This document shows positions 25,219 to 39,100 of a stretch of 64,000 nt of DNA, in pieces. The notes under the pieces are model-generated. The model was not told where the DNA came from and did not search any database. It saw only the letters and a list, made by a program, of their open reading frames with translations. This DNA comes from Marsupella aquatica (Eukaryota; Plantae; Marchantiophyta): contig OZ316898.1 of NCBI GenBank assembly GCA_973895155.1, forward strand, positions 17,164,752 through 17,228,751, in the 5' to 3' direction. A program made the translations under genes and the position numbers. Numbering within the stretch: the stretch's first letter is position 1; each line of letters begins with the position of its first letter.

Positions 25219-27973
25219 ATGCAACGTTTTGTGGCACTTTCATCGTCGTCCAGCCTTCATGCGTCGTCTCTTGTGTTGCCTCCCGTGCCGGCATGGAAGA
25301 GAAGAGACGCACGCGAGGGCCGTGCTGCTTCTCTTCTACCCGCTGAGCCGCGAAGGAGAGGGAACAATCAGAAGAACAATTTCTTGAATATTGGTCTCCC
25401 GTTGAGATGGGGTGAGAACGTTTGTGTGGTGCCGTGCTGTCATCAGGGCTGCTGTAGTGGAGGAGGGCAACCTCCGAGACGACATGTCAGCCTCCCGGGG
25501 TTGGTGGGCAGCAGTAGAGGAAATAGTATTCAAAATCGGTCGGTGTTGCGAGGATCGCTAGGAAATCGGCAAGGAGGCCCTAACTCGGCGGACAGCCACC
25601 AAGAGAGGGGGCATTTGCAACATCGTGGCCAGCAGAGAAATCACCCACACGTCGTGGACTCCATCAGAGAGTTCAGTTCGGATTCGTGGTGGACGGACGA
25701 AACCGACGCGGACGACGATTCGGAGGAAGACAACAGAGCGGCACTCTCTGTCGAATTCTGGACGCATCAGATCATTCTTCAACTCTCGCTCTTTTGGAAT
25801 CTCTTAGGCTATTCGCCGTCTAAGGTTGACGAGTGGCTCGTCTCCAACGAAGCTAGAAGACGTCTCAGCAACCTGAACAATCGGAATCGGTTCCCCTCCT
25901 CGATTTCTTGTTCTTTTCTGCCAGGATTGTACGGTCCGGTGGGAGATCCGTCCAAGGGTGATTCTTCGGTAGCCAACTCCACAGGCAAATTCCCGGAGCT
26001 TTTATCAATTGCTATTCCAAACTTCAGGCCTCGTGAGCGTCTTTCGGAGGCAATGGGGGGGCTCAAGACCCTTTTGTATCCTCAATGGTTTTCAGACATG
26101 TCTCGAACTTATGGAGCCTCTTTCATGTTGTTGGTGGCCCTCGGCTATGCAACTCAAGGCTTTCGTTGCTTCCCTTGGTTCGCTGTCGGGTATATGTTGA
26201 AGGACGGGTTGCAAGTGGATCCAGGTTATATGCAATTTTTGCTGTCGAGTGCTGCTCTTCCCATGGTCCTAAAACCAGTATATGGGATCATTTCTGATAC
26301 TGTGTACATCGGAGGAGCTCACCGAGTGCCCTACCTTGCCGTAGCAGGTATAAAAGAATACAACTCCGTTTTATCAGTTTTGGACTGTGCTTGGGATGAG
26401 ATTTTATGTTCCGTCCTGAATGGAGTCTTAAGGTCGAGGCCCTTAGTAAGAGTCGGATTTGAGAGGGAATATTGGCAATTGCGTTTTATAATGAAAATGT
26501 AGAATACATTTGTAGCAGAATCTTAGATATGAACTGAATTCGTTGCAGTCCTGGATCCCTGAACTTTTTTCTGTGAAGCCTCATGTTAAGAGGAAAGAAT
26601 GGAAAGAATTGTCGCAGCAGTGAGAGCGGGTTTCCACACCACACTTTCCCTCTTCGCCAGTAGTCTAGATTCTACTTGCTGCAAGCAATGGCGAAAGAAG
26701 CTCTGAAATGTGGGTTGATTGCTGGTTTGAACTGCGGACGTAGCAAGAGTGTAAATTGACAATCTTGTGATATTTTGTTTTCGGTACTTTTGCAGGAGTT
26801 TTGCAGCTGATATCGTGGGGTGCACTGGCAATGTCTCCTTATGCGACCTCTTCAGCAATACTGTTCACAGCAGCTCTGACGTTTGGCAATTTGGGTGCCG
26901 CCATTGCCGACGTCATGAACGATGCCCTTGTAGCAGAGGTTTCAAAGAAGCAGAAGGGCAGCGGAAAAGGAGAGCTCCAATCCTTTGCTTGGCTAATCAT
27001 GGCTTCTGGTGGGCTTCTCGGTAATTTATTGGGCGGATTTGCTTTGAAAAAGTTGGAGTCGACGAGTATGTACTTCATCTTCCTGATTTTATTGGGGCTG
27101 CACTTCGTTGCTTGTTTTTGCGTGAATGAGAGACATTTCGATCTTGCACCGCCAAGTCAACCGTCGGCTTCGAGTACCAGATCTCGGGAGGATGATGCCA
27201 CTCCTGTCAGTGCCGTGTTACGAAGGAGAAACCAGGCAGAAGCAACTGCATCGGGGGAGAAGGTTTCAAGCATCACGAAACCTAGCCTACTGTCCCAATT
27301 GAAAGGCCAAGTGCATCTGTTGGGTAAACTACTGAAGAACAAAGAAATCTCACATACCCTGCTCTGGTTCTGCGCATCTTACGCCATGGTTCCAGTTCTA
27401 GGCAGTAGCATATTTTTCTATCAAACTCAGGTCCTGCGGATAGATCCAACTTTCATTGGCTTCTCGAGAATGGTGGGCCAGGTGGGGTTAATGGTGGGCA
27501 GCCAGCTTTACGGCGGAGTGCTCAAGGGACTTCCTCTAAGAAAATTGCTGGGTGCCGTGCAACTCCTGCTCTCGTGTTGCATGTTGTCCGATTTGCTCCT
27601 GGTGAAACGAGTGAATCTCCAGCTCGGAATTCCAGATGAGATCTACGTTTTGGTATTTTCTGCACTGGTGGATTGCGTGTCACAGTTCAAAGTCCTACCA
27701 GTCATTGTACGACTGGGGAACCTTTGCCCCCCGGGCAGTGAAGGCTCCCTCATGGCTTTCTTCTCCTCATGCCACTGTTTGGCAGGCCTCTGCAGTGGGT
27801 ATTTCGGTGTATGGCTTGCCCAGTATCTGCAGATTTCAGCTCATTCTTTCGATGGTTTACCTGTAGGAATTTTCATTCAGGCCATGTTTACCCTGTTGCC
27901 AATCCTCTTCATCAGCCTCGTACCCGGAGAAGATACTTCCAAAGTAGAAAAAGTTCCAGAGAAGGTGCTATAG
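25219..27973 (+). CDS. Folate-biopterin transporter (BT1 family, MFS), probably plastid-targeted, 2 exons, about 768 aa
   Basis: Exons 25219-26347 and 26796-27973 (gtataa...ttgcag) are in frame. BT1 motifs QGFRCFPW, LPMVLKPVYGIISD.VYIGG.HRVPY, NLGAAIADVMNDALVAE, GELQS and LCPPGSEGSLMAFF. The Ser-rich N-terminus resembles a transit peptide. Confidence 0.92.
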
Positions 27974-28649
27974 GCGGATGATATACTTCACCAGATATTC
28001 GGCCGACAGCTAGACGCGCACCATGATTTCCATGCGATACGGCCCCTTTGAAAATGTAGAAATTGTTTGTCCTCGAAACCACAATTCGTCGAGAACAATG
28101 ACGACCATACACCCACGAATACGGTACACTCCGAAGACAATAACCAATAATGGTACTCTGCTGTTCACTCCTGAAAGAGAGTGCTAGTTCAGCTATTTCG
28201 AAGAAGTGGTTGACGAAATTTTGCGAGTCGAGTGAGGGACGAATGATGGATGTTTGGGAAAGCAAACGAGGACTAATTGTCGTTGTGCTTCGGTGAAAGT
28301 TTCGCCACGCAATGGTGCTGTACCTTAGGTCGTCACGGATTTACCCACAAATTCGTGGGATAAAAGTTTGTAGGATAAGATTACCTAGATGCTTTGTTAG
28401 AAAAATTTTAGTCCCACTATTAATCAGCAAGTACTAGACGTAGTCCCACACCATTGCATAGCAAGTACTAGAAGTAGTCCCCTTACGAATTGTAGCTTGT
28501 CTGACACGGTGCTCGTAGAGTGTATATAATTGACTAGCTATGGTGACTATATTGGCCGTGTGATGCTAGACCGAGGTAAAGGAGTGAGGTGACTATCAGT
28601 AGAATTCTATCTAGAATCGTTGTCTTGGTAATGATAGACTTTTAAGTGG

Positions 28650-29950
28650 AATGGTAGCAACTTGTCTGTCAAGGGGATATGCATTTGCCCACTATGCAAG
28701 TTGGACCATTGAGTCTAGCAACATTTGTCGAAAACACCCCTCAGCATAGTTCTCATTACAGTGTGAGAGATGTACATGGGGAGAAAACTACCCGGCCATC
28801 ACGGGTTAAGGAGAAACATTATTACAATTCCTATTTTCAGCAACTTGAAGGGGTGAGAAATGACGCAAATTCCTATCAGCAGCGGCATGAGAGAGGTTGA
28901 GAAGACTGGAAGTCATCTTTAGCGTCAATTGTGAGATTTCCCACCATTCATCGGATACAGTATGGACGATTGGGCACTTTACATCTGCATTACAGAGGAG
29001 TTACGTAGGAAGAAATTCAAATTATTCTTTGGCTGTGGAATGTGAAGGTGAAGCAGTCCAATTGGAAAAACTAAGTCGATATCTAAAATTTAAACGATTG
29101 TTTGCTTGGAATTTGTTACTCCTAAACTGATATTGAAATCTCTGTTGCCATTACTGTCGGACTCTTTGTTAACCGTTCTCACTGTAGGATGTCGTCATAC
29201 TGCTGGCAGTGTCAAAAAACCTCCGAATCGAACTCTTTGTTTATCAGTTTTCACCTTAGGATGTCGTCACAATGCTGGCAGTATCAGTAAACCTTCGAAC
29301 CATACTGGAACTCTTGGTTCCAGCCATGGACAACTTACAGAAGTTCCTTGTTCCTCACGACATTAGATGAACATTTTCACCTCACCATCTGTCATCGATC
29401 ATCGATGTGTATCGTCGTTGTTGGGTAGTGACTTCAACTGGTCTAACAAGTATCTACGAGTTGCTGAAGCTGTGGCTGTTCCTTTCTAGCACCTGGGCAC
29501 AAATCCTTCACAGGTACGGGAGCGCTCAGCTAGGTGGCCTCGGATAAATGTTTTGCGTGTCCAAAGAGCTCTGGTTCTCAGGCTATGCCTTTTGGTTGTT
29601 GAAAATCTCTGGAAGCTGTCCATTGCGAGCACCTTGCTTTAAATATAAAGAGCAGGTAGTATCGGCTAAAGCTATGCAGTTTGGTTGTTGGACCTCTGGA
29701 AGCTGTCCATGGCCAGCACCTGGCTTCAATGTTTTTGAACAGGTGGTATTTTAGATGGTGGGCACTCTCTAGCCTATATTACGCAGCAATGGCTCGATGG
29801 GCCGTCTAGACAAACCTAGCCTTGATAGGGCCCAAAAGTTCACAACTTTCTCGATGCCTCTGGAAGATGTCCACTGCCAGCAAAAATCTGGCTTCTCAAA
29901 TCTTGAGCAGATGAGGTAATATCTGATGAAAGCCACTCTACGCCAACAGA
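28650..29950 (-). pseudogene. Highly decayed LRR-encoding remnant
   Basis: Minus-strand fragments SGHLPE/GIEKVVNF..LSRLGLS, GQLPEVQQPNCIAL, GQLPEIF and LSFSNWTA resemble plant LRR junctions. About 90-bp internal repeats and many stops. Confidence 0.35.
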
Positions 29951-29989
29951 GGATTTTGCGTCTCCAGGGGGTAGTAAAGCATATCCAGC

Positions 29990-30120
29990 TTGATGGCCCC
30001 CTCCAGGCAAAACCTAATTTTGATGGACACAAAACCTAACAACTTTATTGATATGGCCCCCTCCAGGCAAAACCTAATTTTGATGGACCCAAAGCCTAAC
30101 AACTTTATTGATGGGGCCCC
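29990..30120 (+). repeat. 60-bp tandem repeat, 2 copies
   Basis: ATGGCCCCCTCCAGGCAAAACCTAATTTTGATGGAC.CAAA.CCTAACAACTTTATTGAT occurs twice. Confidence 0.85.
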
Positions 30121-31299
30121 ATGACCGCACTGTCCACGTTGTTCTTGTGCTTGTTTTTGAAACCACCAATTTCCATATTTACAAGAGTAGTGTCCAAGAT
30201 TTCCCTCGTTTTTCACATAGGAGTGACTCACTTCCTCTACTGTGCCTGTTGTCTCCTTGATTTTGGGGGGGGGGCGAGAATAGTATTAATGGTGAAACCT
30301 AATGCATCCAGATTTGATGATGGACACTGGCAAATTAATTTGTAACTATTATGCACTGCAAACTGTTCTTCTGACACGTCTTAATATTGTATATATCACA
30401 CTGTAAAAAATGCCCCACATAGGAAATAAGGATGTTGTTCTTGTGACACTTCTTAATGCTGTAAGCCCCATTAGGAATAGGGATTCCAAAGGCCAAATAT
30501 CCAATAAATGGGAGCACTAAGAGAGAAACTCAAGAAGAACAAAGAGCTAAAAATGCTTTAGAGCACCTTTATAACACGAGAAAGCACACTATATTTATGA
30601 AACGGCTAAACAAAGTACAATGAGGCACAAGCAAAAAGGGTCCAACGTGGACAAATACCAAACTCAAAAGCAGTGCCTGAGAGTACTCTACAACCACAAA
30701 AAATCTAAAGCCCCATTCAGCAATACATTGAGAAGACTGGTAAAACTTTGGAGTAAATGGCTTAGGAGATTCAAGAAGAAGAATTCTTCAAGAGGCATTA
30801 AAACCAACAGCTTATACTCCACTAAGAATAGTGAATGTCTGATCCTAGGGTTATAGACACCTGTCTATAGAAGGCATTGAGGACAGGTTTTGGGTTTGGA
30901 CTAAAGACCAACCATGGGAGACGTGTGGACAAACCAGTAAACCCAGCAAAACTCTTAATTGTCTCAGGCAAGTTGGGTTCAATGTGTATTGTGCCACTGA
31001 CACTTGTTGTAATAATAAGAATCATATGAAGAAATTATGTCCTAATTACCAAACTGCCCCCTAGGTTAATTTAAACAAAAAATAAAAACATAATTTATGA
31101 AAACCATCGCATAATTAAAACCACTGCATGCAGGTGGGAGCCTGCCATCTCCCAAAATAACAGACCTCTGGCTGAAGCCCTTGGGTTTTATTTAGGAGAA
31201 TGCCCTGTTCCCAGGGCCTTACACTACAGCACCCATCAGCATAAGTTTCAACACAAGATTTTGCCAAGCTCGCTAAATGTCACCTTGTCTGAAGGAAAG

Positions 31300-31525
31300 A
31301 GCTAGGAAAATTCCTCACCTAATTTTCTTAGATTAATTTATGACCTTTAAATCTCCCTACATTTAAGATCAACCGTTAGATTCTGCATGATGGGGTCTGT
31401 GGTTAGGTGAGAAATTACTGTAGCTCATGGAAGAAAAAAACCTAGGAAATTTTAGCCAAAAGTGGTGATTTGAAATCTTAGCCAAAAGTGGTGAACAATT
31501 TTCAGAGTGCTGACTAAAAACAGGC
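31300..31525 (-). mobile_element. Same dispersed repeat family (copy C)
   Basis: ATCTCCCTACATTTAAGAT..CCGTTAGATTCTG..TGGGGTCTGTGGTTAGGTGAGAAA..GCCAAAAGTGGTG. Confidence 0.6.
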
Positions 31526-32659
31526 AGCTACTGCCCATGGCTGAACGTGATCAAGGCAACCCGTTTCAGATCTTTACTGAATCCAGGTGGCAACATCTCA
31601 TTAGTGAAGAACCATGATACAACACACTCAAGCCACAAAGTGGTGACAAGTGGCAGCAGCTCAGAAGCGAAAACCAATACTCTCCACTGGTCCATAATGG
31701 ACTGGGTGGGGCCAGTCTTTGGCAAGTCAAAACCTGTAAGACAGGTGCCCAGAACTGTAAAGCAAAACCCCTGCTCGTCCAAACCTGTCTGACCTGGATA
31801 TACTAGGAAAAAACTTCCAATAACATATCTCCCAGAAGAATGAAAGGCAGAACCCCTTGGGACCAGCTCTGCTCGTTCAAACCTGGATGATATGGAAGGA
31901 CTAGTAAATAAACTTTCATAACCTAATTCCTGTTAGGAAGAAAGATTACCAGTGTATAACCTTTTCTATTAGATGCTACCGTTTCCGTAACCCTGTGCCC
32001 CGAAAGTCTTACTGGGTAATTTTTTTCCCGGGCAGGTATTGCCTATTATATTGGCTGTCACACAAAGCTCACAAAAATTTCCCCGCTGGTCAACATTTCC
32101 TCACTAGAGACTAGTAACCCAAACTAAACCCTGATTACCCTATACATATTTCCCAGAAGAGCAGATTAGATGCAAAGCAAAGCCCCTGGGGTTAGCAGTG
32201 CACGCCCAAACCTGGATGATAAGGAAGGACCAGGAATGAAACTTCAATAGCACATCCCCCAGAAGAGCAGATTCCGCACACAATGCTAATATGCTATTCT
32301 TGGCGAGCCAAAGACGGGAAATTGGATGGATGAGCATTCCAGCATTGCTTTTGGAAGGGAGAGCTCTAGGAGGAAAGATCGTTTGACAATCATGACGAAG
32401 AACTCAAGGAGAAATCGAAGTTTCGTGGGTCTCCATTCGTGCAAGCCAAGAATCCAAGGCGGAGATGGAGCCAGAAGTTTTCAGCATCGGGAGGAAGAGC
32501 GAGCATGGAGAGAGTTTAAGAATCGGGACGAAGAGCGAGCATGGAATTTCGGAGATTGCTAACTGGTAGAGGGGCAACGGAGATGCTGCTGCTGGCTGCT
32601 GGTCAGAAGGGCAAGACTGCTGAGGGAGGAGGAGGAGGAGGAGGAGGAGGAGGAGGATC

Positions 32660-35257
32660 ATGGCGTTTTCCAAGCAGGAGGATGAGGACGATGATTTTGA
32701 GGTGAAAGTGCGTGGTCGAAGAATCGAGCAGAACGAGTCTGAGCGGGGTGTTTCGTGCTGCCTCGGGAAGCTGGTGGTTGTGTCCATGCTGTCGTTAATG
32801 GCTGTGGCAATTTGGTCGCTGCCTTATCTGTTGAGTCGAATCTCGGTGAGCATTCTCTGTCGTCTTCTTCACTCTGCGTCTGCTCCTCCTTTATATGAGC
32901 TCTTGACATTTAAAATGTGAGTTTGGCAGTCCTGTTATAAGATGGGGAGCTCGATGATTTTGCCTTCAGATTTAACTAAAGGAATGTCGGGTCGTCGAGT
33001 GGAACCCAAATCTACCCCAGGCGATCTATGGCAAGTGTCTGGAGTTGAGATAGCCCAACCTGGTGTTTGAGGGACTCATAATTGATCACAGAATGAGGGT
33101 TCTTGCTTTCCAACTTCGAGGCAATCTTTGGTTACATTTGTTCGGTAGGTTCATTGAAGGAGTAAATAGGGAAAAAAGACGGCACCGACCAATGCATTAT
33201 TGTTTCCATACGATTTAAATCCATACTGTAGTATTCTTCCACGGCCTGGAAAGAGTTTACTTGTCCCTCGAAGAAAAGAAATCGGAGTACATGACCCATA
33301 AACCTCTTGCTCAATTCTTTGGGGGCTTGTTGTTGAGTTCCTTTGTGCTAGGCAAATATTTGAATCTTGATGAGGTATGAAATTTTGGTGTGGGGAATAT
33401 CAATGATGCAGTCAGATTGATATGTCCTCCATCGTGACTGCAGGGATGACAATGGATCCTCCAAGGAATTGGACAAAATGTAGGAATGACCGTTTAGTGA
33501 CGTTCTCTGGAGGCAGTGAGGAGAATGTTGGAAGTGGGTCTAGCTCTTTTGGCCATGTTTTTGCCAAATCTAGTGGTTCTTCCCTAATGCGTCGACTGAC
33601 TCGGCTGTGGGCCAGATACAGCAGTTTCTGCATTACGGTGGCGTTCCTTTTGACCCAGGTCGCAGCGAAGAGCTCTCCCTTTTCAGTTTTACATAGCAGT
33701 GATGAAGTCGCATCAAACCACTGCGCGGGCTCTGACAATTTGTTTAGAGGATCTTACAGAACAAGTGGAGAAGCGGTGCATCAAAGAAATGCTTTGGTCC
33801 GAGTTGTACACAACGTTTCCCATAGGGTTTTTCAATTGGGTGAAGAACACCAAAACTGGCCGAAGCTTGAGTTGGGATGGCGCACCGTTTCCGCTGTGAT
33901 TCTGGGGGGAGTCGGTGCGGCGTTATCAAGCGCAGGAGGCCTCGGCGGGGGAGGGCTTTTTGTGCCCCTGTTCAACCTGTTACTCCAATTTGACTCAAAA
34001 ACGTCTGCAGCATTGTCCAATTTTATGATTCTAGGAGGATCCCTGGCAAACCTGTACATTAACCTTCAGCAGCGCCATCCCATTGTGCACCACAGACCTC
34101 TCATAGATTTCGATGTCGTGTTGCTGCTACAACCAAATATGTTACTTGGAATCAGTACTGGGGTGATCCTCAACGTCATATTACCCGACTGGGTCATCAC
34201 AGCTTTGTTAGCCGTCACCCTCGGTTACATGACCATCCATTCTTTCAAAGGTGGTCTAAGGCGTTGGAAGAAGGAAACGAATCAAAATCTTCAACGTAAG
34301 ATTGCAGCAGAAAATAGCGTAGCTCCATATGTTCCAGCTCCTGACTTTCATCATCATCACTCGAGTTCTGAGAATTCCTCAAGTGATGACGACATATCGC
34401 CTTCTAGCACGGACCCCTTGAACAATTTAGCAGACGAGGATGCTGAGGAGAATCGGAAGAGAAGCAAAAGTCGCAGGTCGAGGCTGAAGAGGAAACATCT
34501 CGGGAAACATTCGGATATTGTGTCCGAAGAACTGCATCAGGAAGGCGACGAGAGCCCCAAAGAGTGCTCCTTGTTTCCTGTTGACAAAGTTCTTGCTCTC
34601 GTATTTACTTGGTTGGCATTTTTCGTCATCCAAGTACTTCGAGGTAGTAAGGGAAATAAGAGTATTTTGGGTATCCAGGCTTGCGGACTCGGATACTGGG
34701 TCCTCACTTTGTCTCAGATACCTCTCGCTCTTAGCGTCACTGCTTGGACCATGAAACGTTTGCGTGCTCCCCATGCAAGCAGGCTGGGTTCTGAATGTAT
34801 CCAGGACGATGGATTTGTGCTGACGCCCAAATCCTGCATGCTGCTCGCCTGGATGGCATTGTTGGCAGGCCTGCTGGGAGGATTGTTGGGGATTGGTGGT
34901 GGGATGATAGTTAACCCCCTGCTTCTCACCATAGGAATGGTCCCACAGGTGACAGCAGGGACATGCGCGTCGATGGTTTTCTTCTCCTCGTCTATGTCTG
35001 TCGTTCAGTTCTGGCTGATGGGGCGGGTTCCTTTAGAGTATGCACTCTCGGCGGCTGTGCTTTGCGCAATTTTCTCCAGCGCTGGGGTTACACTGGTGCA
35101 CCGTTCCATCGACAAGTACAACCGGGCTTCCATAATCGTGTTCTCAGTTACCACCGTGATGGGTCTGAGTGCGCTCCTCATGGCCGGATTTGGTGGATAC
35201 AGTGTGTGGCAGAAGTACATGTCGGGTGCTTACATGGGGTTCCATAATTTTTGCTGA
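32660..35257 (+). CDS. Sulfite exporter TauE/SafE family protein, probably 2 exons (32660-32845, 33659-35257), about 594 aa
   Basis: TauE motifs SSAGGLGGGGLFVP, KTSAALSNFMI, PLIDFD..LLQPNMLLGIS.GV, GGLLGIGGGMIVNPLLL.IG and MVFFSSSMSVVQF. The upstream ORF at 32660 ends at a phase-0 donor (TCG|gtgag), and the acceptor tttgacccag|GTC at 33659 is in frame with the long ORF. Confidence 0.9.
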
Positions 35258-36187
35258 CCTTAGATCCCGATCCCAATGTCTGCAAGTGATGGCCATACAA
35301 CAACACTGCTGAGAATACTTTCCGTAGACAAAGGTGAACCCTTGAGAACTACTAGGTACAGGAGTGGTAAACGTCTTGTTTACTCACAATTCACGTTCAC
35401 GAGAGGTCGTAGTTGAGGAACAACTATCCCAGTCGGCCCAAAAGTTATGTCTGGCCGGAGACACAGAATGAATGGAAGGCACTGTTTCTTTTTGAGACAT
35501 GGATTAAATGCCTTGAGTTCCCAGAGTATTTTTATAGAATTAGTGAAGAATAAACGGCAGTGAGCTCAAAAGTTCTCTTCGTTCGACAACTGCTATATTT
35601 GGCTGGACACAGCGAGCAGTTGTAGTGCCCTGTTTCTTTTATAAGCGTGGGATAATCCTCTCAGTTACCGAGAGTACCTAACTGAGGAACAGATGCTCCC
35701 AGACCGCTCGAACGGTGTCTTCGTTCGATTCAATGTTGTTGGCGGGAGCACTTGTAGTCTGGCGTTGCTGAAAGTGCATTTTGAAATCTTCGTTTCACGG
35801 GATAGAGCTGTACTCACCCACTGTATGGGACTGCTGCTTCTGCAACGCATTTAGTTTGTTGCAAGCATTGATCCAGGTTTAGTACCGAAAGTAAGGTAAA
35901 GTTTCACTTCTTTCTCATAACGAGCCTGTCCTGTAACCAGGACTGGAAAGCGGAATCACCACTTCCTACTCCCAAAAAGCCCCAAAAATAGAACTTCTCG
36001 ATTTTGCATCTCGTTCAAGAAACAGAAGCTCATAACTTAGGGACAAAATTTGTAGTGTACATGTATCTTGCAGAATTGAAAGCTGGCAGACATATTACAT
36101 CAATGCATCTGCTCCTTCCTAACATTCGAGCTGTGGAGGTAATTACTCGCCTTTGTACACTCAACTTTTTTTTTAGGGTCGTTGGGC

Positions 36188-39100
36188 CTAAATGTAAGCC
36201 ACATTTTCAAGCGAAGTTTCAATGATTCCAATGCACTCAGCCACAGTTTTGCCAAATGACATTGCATCTGCCAGTTTGCTATGCACAGCTTTGTGTCTCC
36301 TCAAGAGAGTTACAGTGTTTAAAACTGCCCATCTCACTTGACCATCAGCTTTACGCTGAGTAAAACCCAAACCTCTCATCAAATCATCTAACTGCATAGC
36401 ACAGTAGGGACCTTTTCGTCAGAACAAGGCATGGAAGATGAGCTATTCATAGTAGAAGCAGTGGCACTCATATTTGGATGAATTGCTTACACAATACAAG
36501 AAATCACTCTTGTCTACTAGCTGCAGATCTTTTACCTGCTGAATATCTGCTAGGCCACCTTCCGCGACACCGTAAAGAAGATACTCTGTGGCCACGCCAG
36601 CTAACGCAATACACGATACTTTGTCCAAGGTCTGCAGCCAGCCACATCACGTGTGAGCAGACATCCCATTATGCCAGACAGACAACACATGGTGAACTAA
36701 TATAATACCTTGCTCTCTCGATCACTTGGCTCAAGCACTTGCAGAACTACGAAGACTCGTACTCTATACTCAATTATATGCCTACAGCATTGCCCCAAGT
36801 TCCTTTAACCCACAATTAAGGCACCAACAAAAGAGTTCTCCGGAGTGACAATTTGCTAAAATTTAGTACTGGACCAAGTAGAGATGGTACACATTATTAT
36901 GAACACATGTGAATTGCAATCAGCAATCAATGCATGCTCTGTTCAAACGAACTTAGTTCTTCTAACGGAGAGTCAACAAAGAAACCTTACCCCAGCAGAC
37001 ACTTTTCCACTAGCCACCTGTACCATTTTAAGACAAACCAACATTATGTCAAAGACTCAACAAGTGGTTCTCGAACAAAAATACTGGAAAACTTCGACCA
37101 CAAGGACCACGCCTGGATAATCAAGCAACATAAGGGTCATCTTAGAGTAAAGCTTAAAAGACAAATAGACAAGGGAACGGCGGGATAGGCGGCAGAGAGG
37201 AATTTCACGAACTACAAACTTTTAGCGTACCTCTTCTTGAAACTCGAAGTCTACGAACGTGGTGCCAGCTTGCACATTGAGTGCACCATATCTCTTGAAA
37301 GCATCCAGGCTAGACAAGGTGTAGCTCTTTGGAAGGATTCCCATAAAATAGGATATGAGGAAGTGTCCTGCTTCATGCTGAGCTCAAAAACAAACACAAT
37401 TCGTCTCGTCAGAAATCCACACTCCGTAATGCCACCAGCAGAGTGAACAACACAGAAAAGACGGTCAACAGAGATTTGAGGCTAAGCTCCAGAATCTGGG
37501 AGACAAAGTGATGCCTGCCTTGAGAAGCCTACCTGTGCCACTCTCTCCTTGTAATTCCTGCTTATTACTCGACCGAGTGTATCGAGAATCAAAGTCTCTA
37601 GCCCTCCTCCGTTGGCCACCTACATCACCTCACCTAACAAAGCAGACTAAGTTTGGAACCACGAGATATCCTGAAGGCATTGTCAGGCAAACTGAAAAAG
37701 AGGAGCACCACATAAGACGAACACATTGCTGCACTCAAACCCATAGACAACCCAAGCCTGATACACAATTGAAAAGCGAGGTTAGAGCACGACGCAATTT
37801 AACGAACTAACTAATAAAGGGGAACCAGAATCAGAGAGCGAGTTCGTGGAGAAAAGAGTAGGAGCGCAACCTGATCTACTGTACCAATAAACAGGAAGAG
37901 AACTACGATGCCGAGAAGTTGCATTGGATTCGTGTCGAAGGCCCGCCATGCCGCAACTGCCCCCACTACTCCCGCAACTTGCAAGTTCCTTCTTAAGGAA
38001 CCCAACGTCCTATCCACTGGTGACAGAAACCTTGACGCATCAATTTTGTTTAGACGCAGATCCTCAAGAGTGTATATTTTCTGCGGAACCTGAAGATGAG
38101 AAAGTGACGAACGGCCATCAAGCTGCATGATCATGACAGTCCTAGGGATGGCTACTCATTATTCTTGTCAGTACCAGTGGTGAGTATAGGACGGATTTCG
38201 GTCCAGCAACGTTCATTCAAACGAGGGAAGGACCTCGTCCTTAAAACTTACATCGGCCACCAGATGTGTACATCATACACAGCTGGAGATGCCACTACTA
38301 AACGGCAGACAGTTGCGTCCTGACAATCTCACACGAATCAGCTAATTATTATGGTTGTCAGTACCAGAGGTGAGTACATCTTAGGCTGGATTCCAGTTAG
38401 CACTGTTCATCAAAACGAGAGAAGGACCTCGTCCTTTGAACTTACATCGGCCACCAGATGTGCCCATCACATACAGCTGGAGGTACCACTACAGAAGGGC
38501 AAAAATTGTTTGCTGACAATCCCCACACGAATCCTGGTAGCAGGCACTAAGTTGAATTCAAATGAATCTAGCCGAAATATTCAATTTGCTGAATAACTTA
38601 TAACATTTTCGTGCCCCCCTCCATTGTTCCAGCGCTGCCTCTATTCAGCTCCTTGTAAAGAAGGAATCCCTGCAGTGCCAAGATACAGTGGAAGCTCCCA
38701 GGACATTCCATCTTTCCGTATAAATTCCGTCGCCAAATGAACATCCATTTGAAGAGGCTCCAACAGGAGTTCATAAATGCATTCCGCAGGTTTACCTAGT
38801 CAAGAAACGAAAGCTAGATCGGTTCCCTGTATTATGGACAGGTACATTTTTGTTGTGGGCGATATGATCTCTGCAAAGCCACAAAGATTACAATCCAGGA
38901 CTTCGTTTTCCAGAACTGAAATAATCGTTGACATTCAGCGATTAGCCGAGAATTCAGCTGTCTCCGTGAAAAAATAAATTTTCGACTTCGTTCTCCGGAC
39001 GTTAGAGTTCGTTCGCATTGTGTATTACTCAATAGATCACATTAAGTCATGCCGTGGTCTGGACTCCGATGCCAATTGTGCAATTCTGGAAATTCGAATT

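Noticed and set aside
28410-28482. Repeated AGCAAGTACTAGA.GTAGTCCC with short variable spacers, superficially CRISPR-like
   Set aside because: Only about 2.5 units with spacers of about 12 nt, in a eukaryotic context with no cas genes. It is an ordinary minisatellite.
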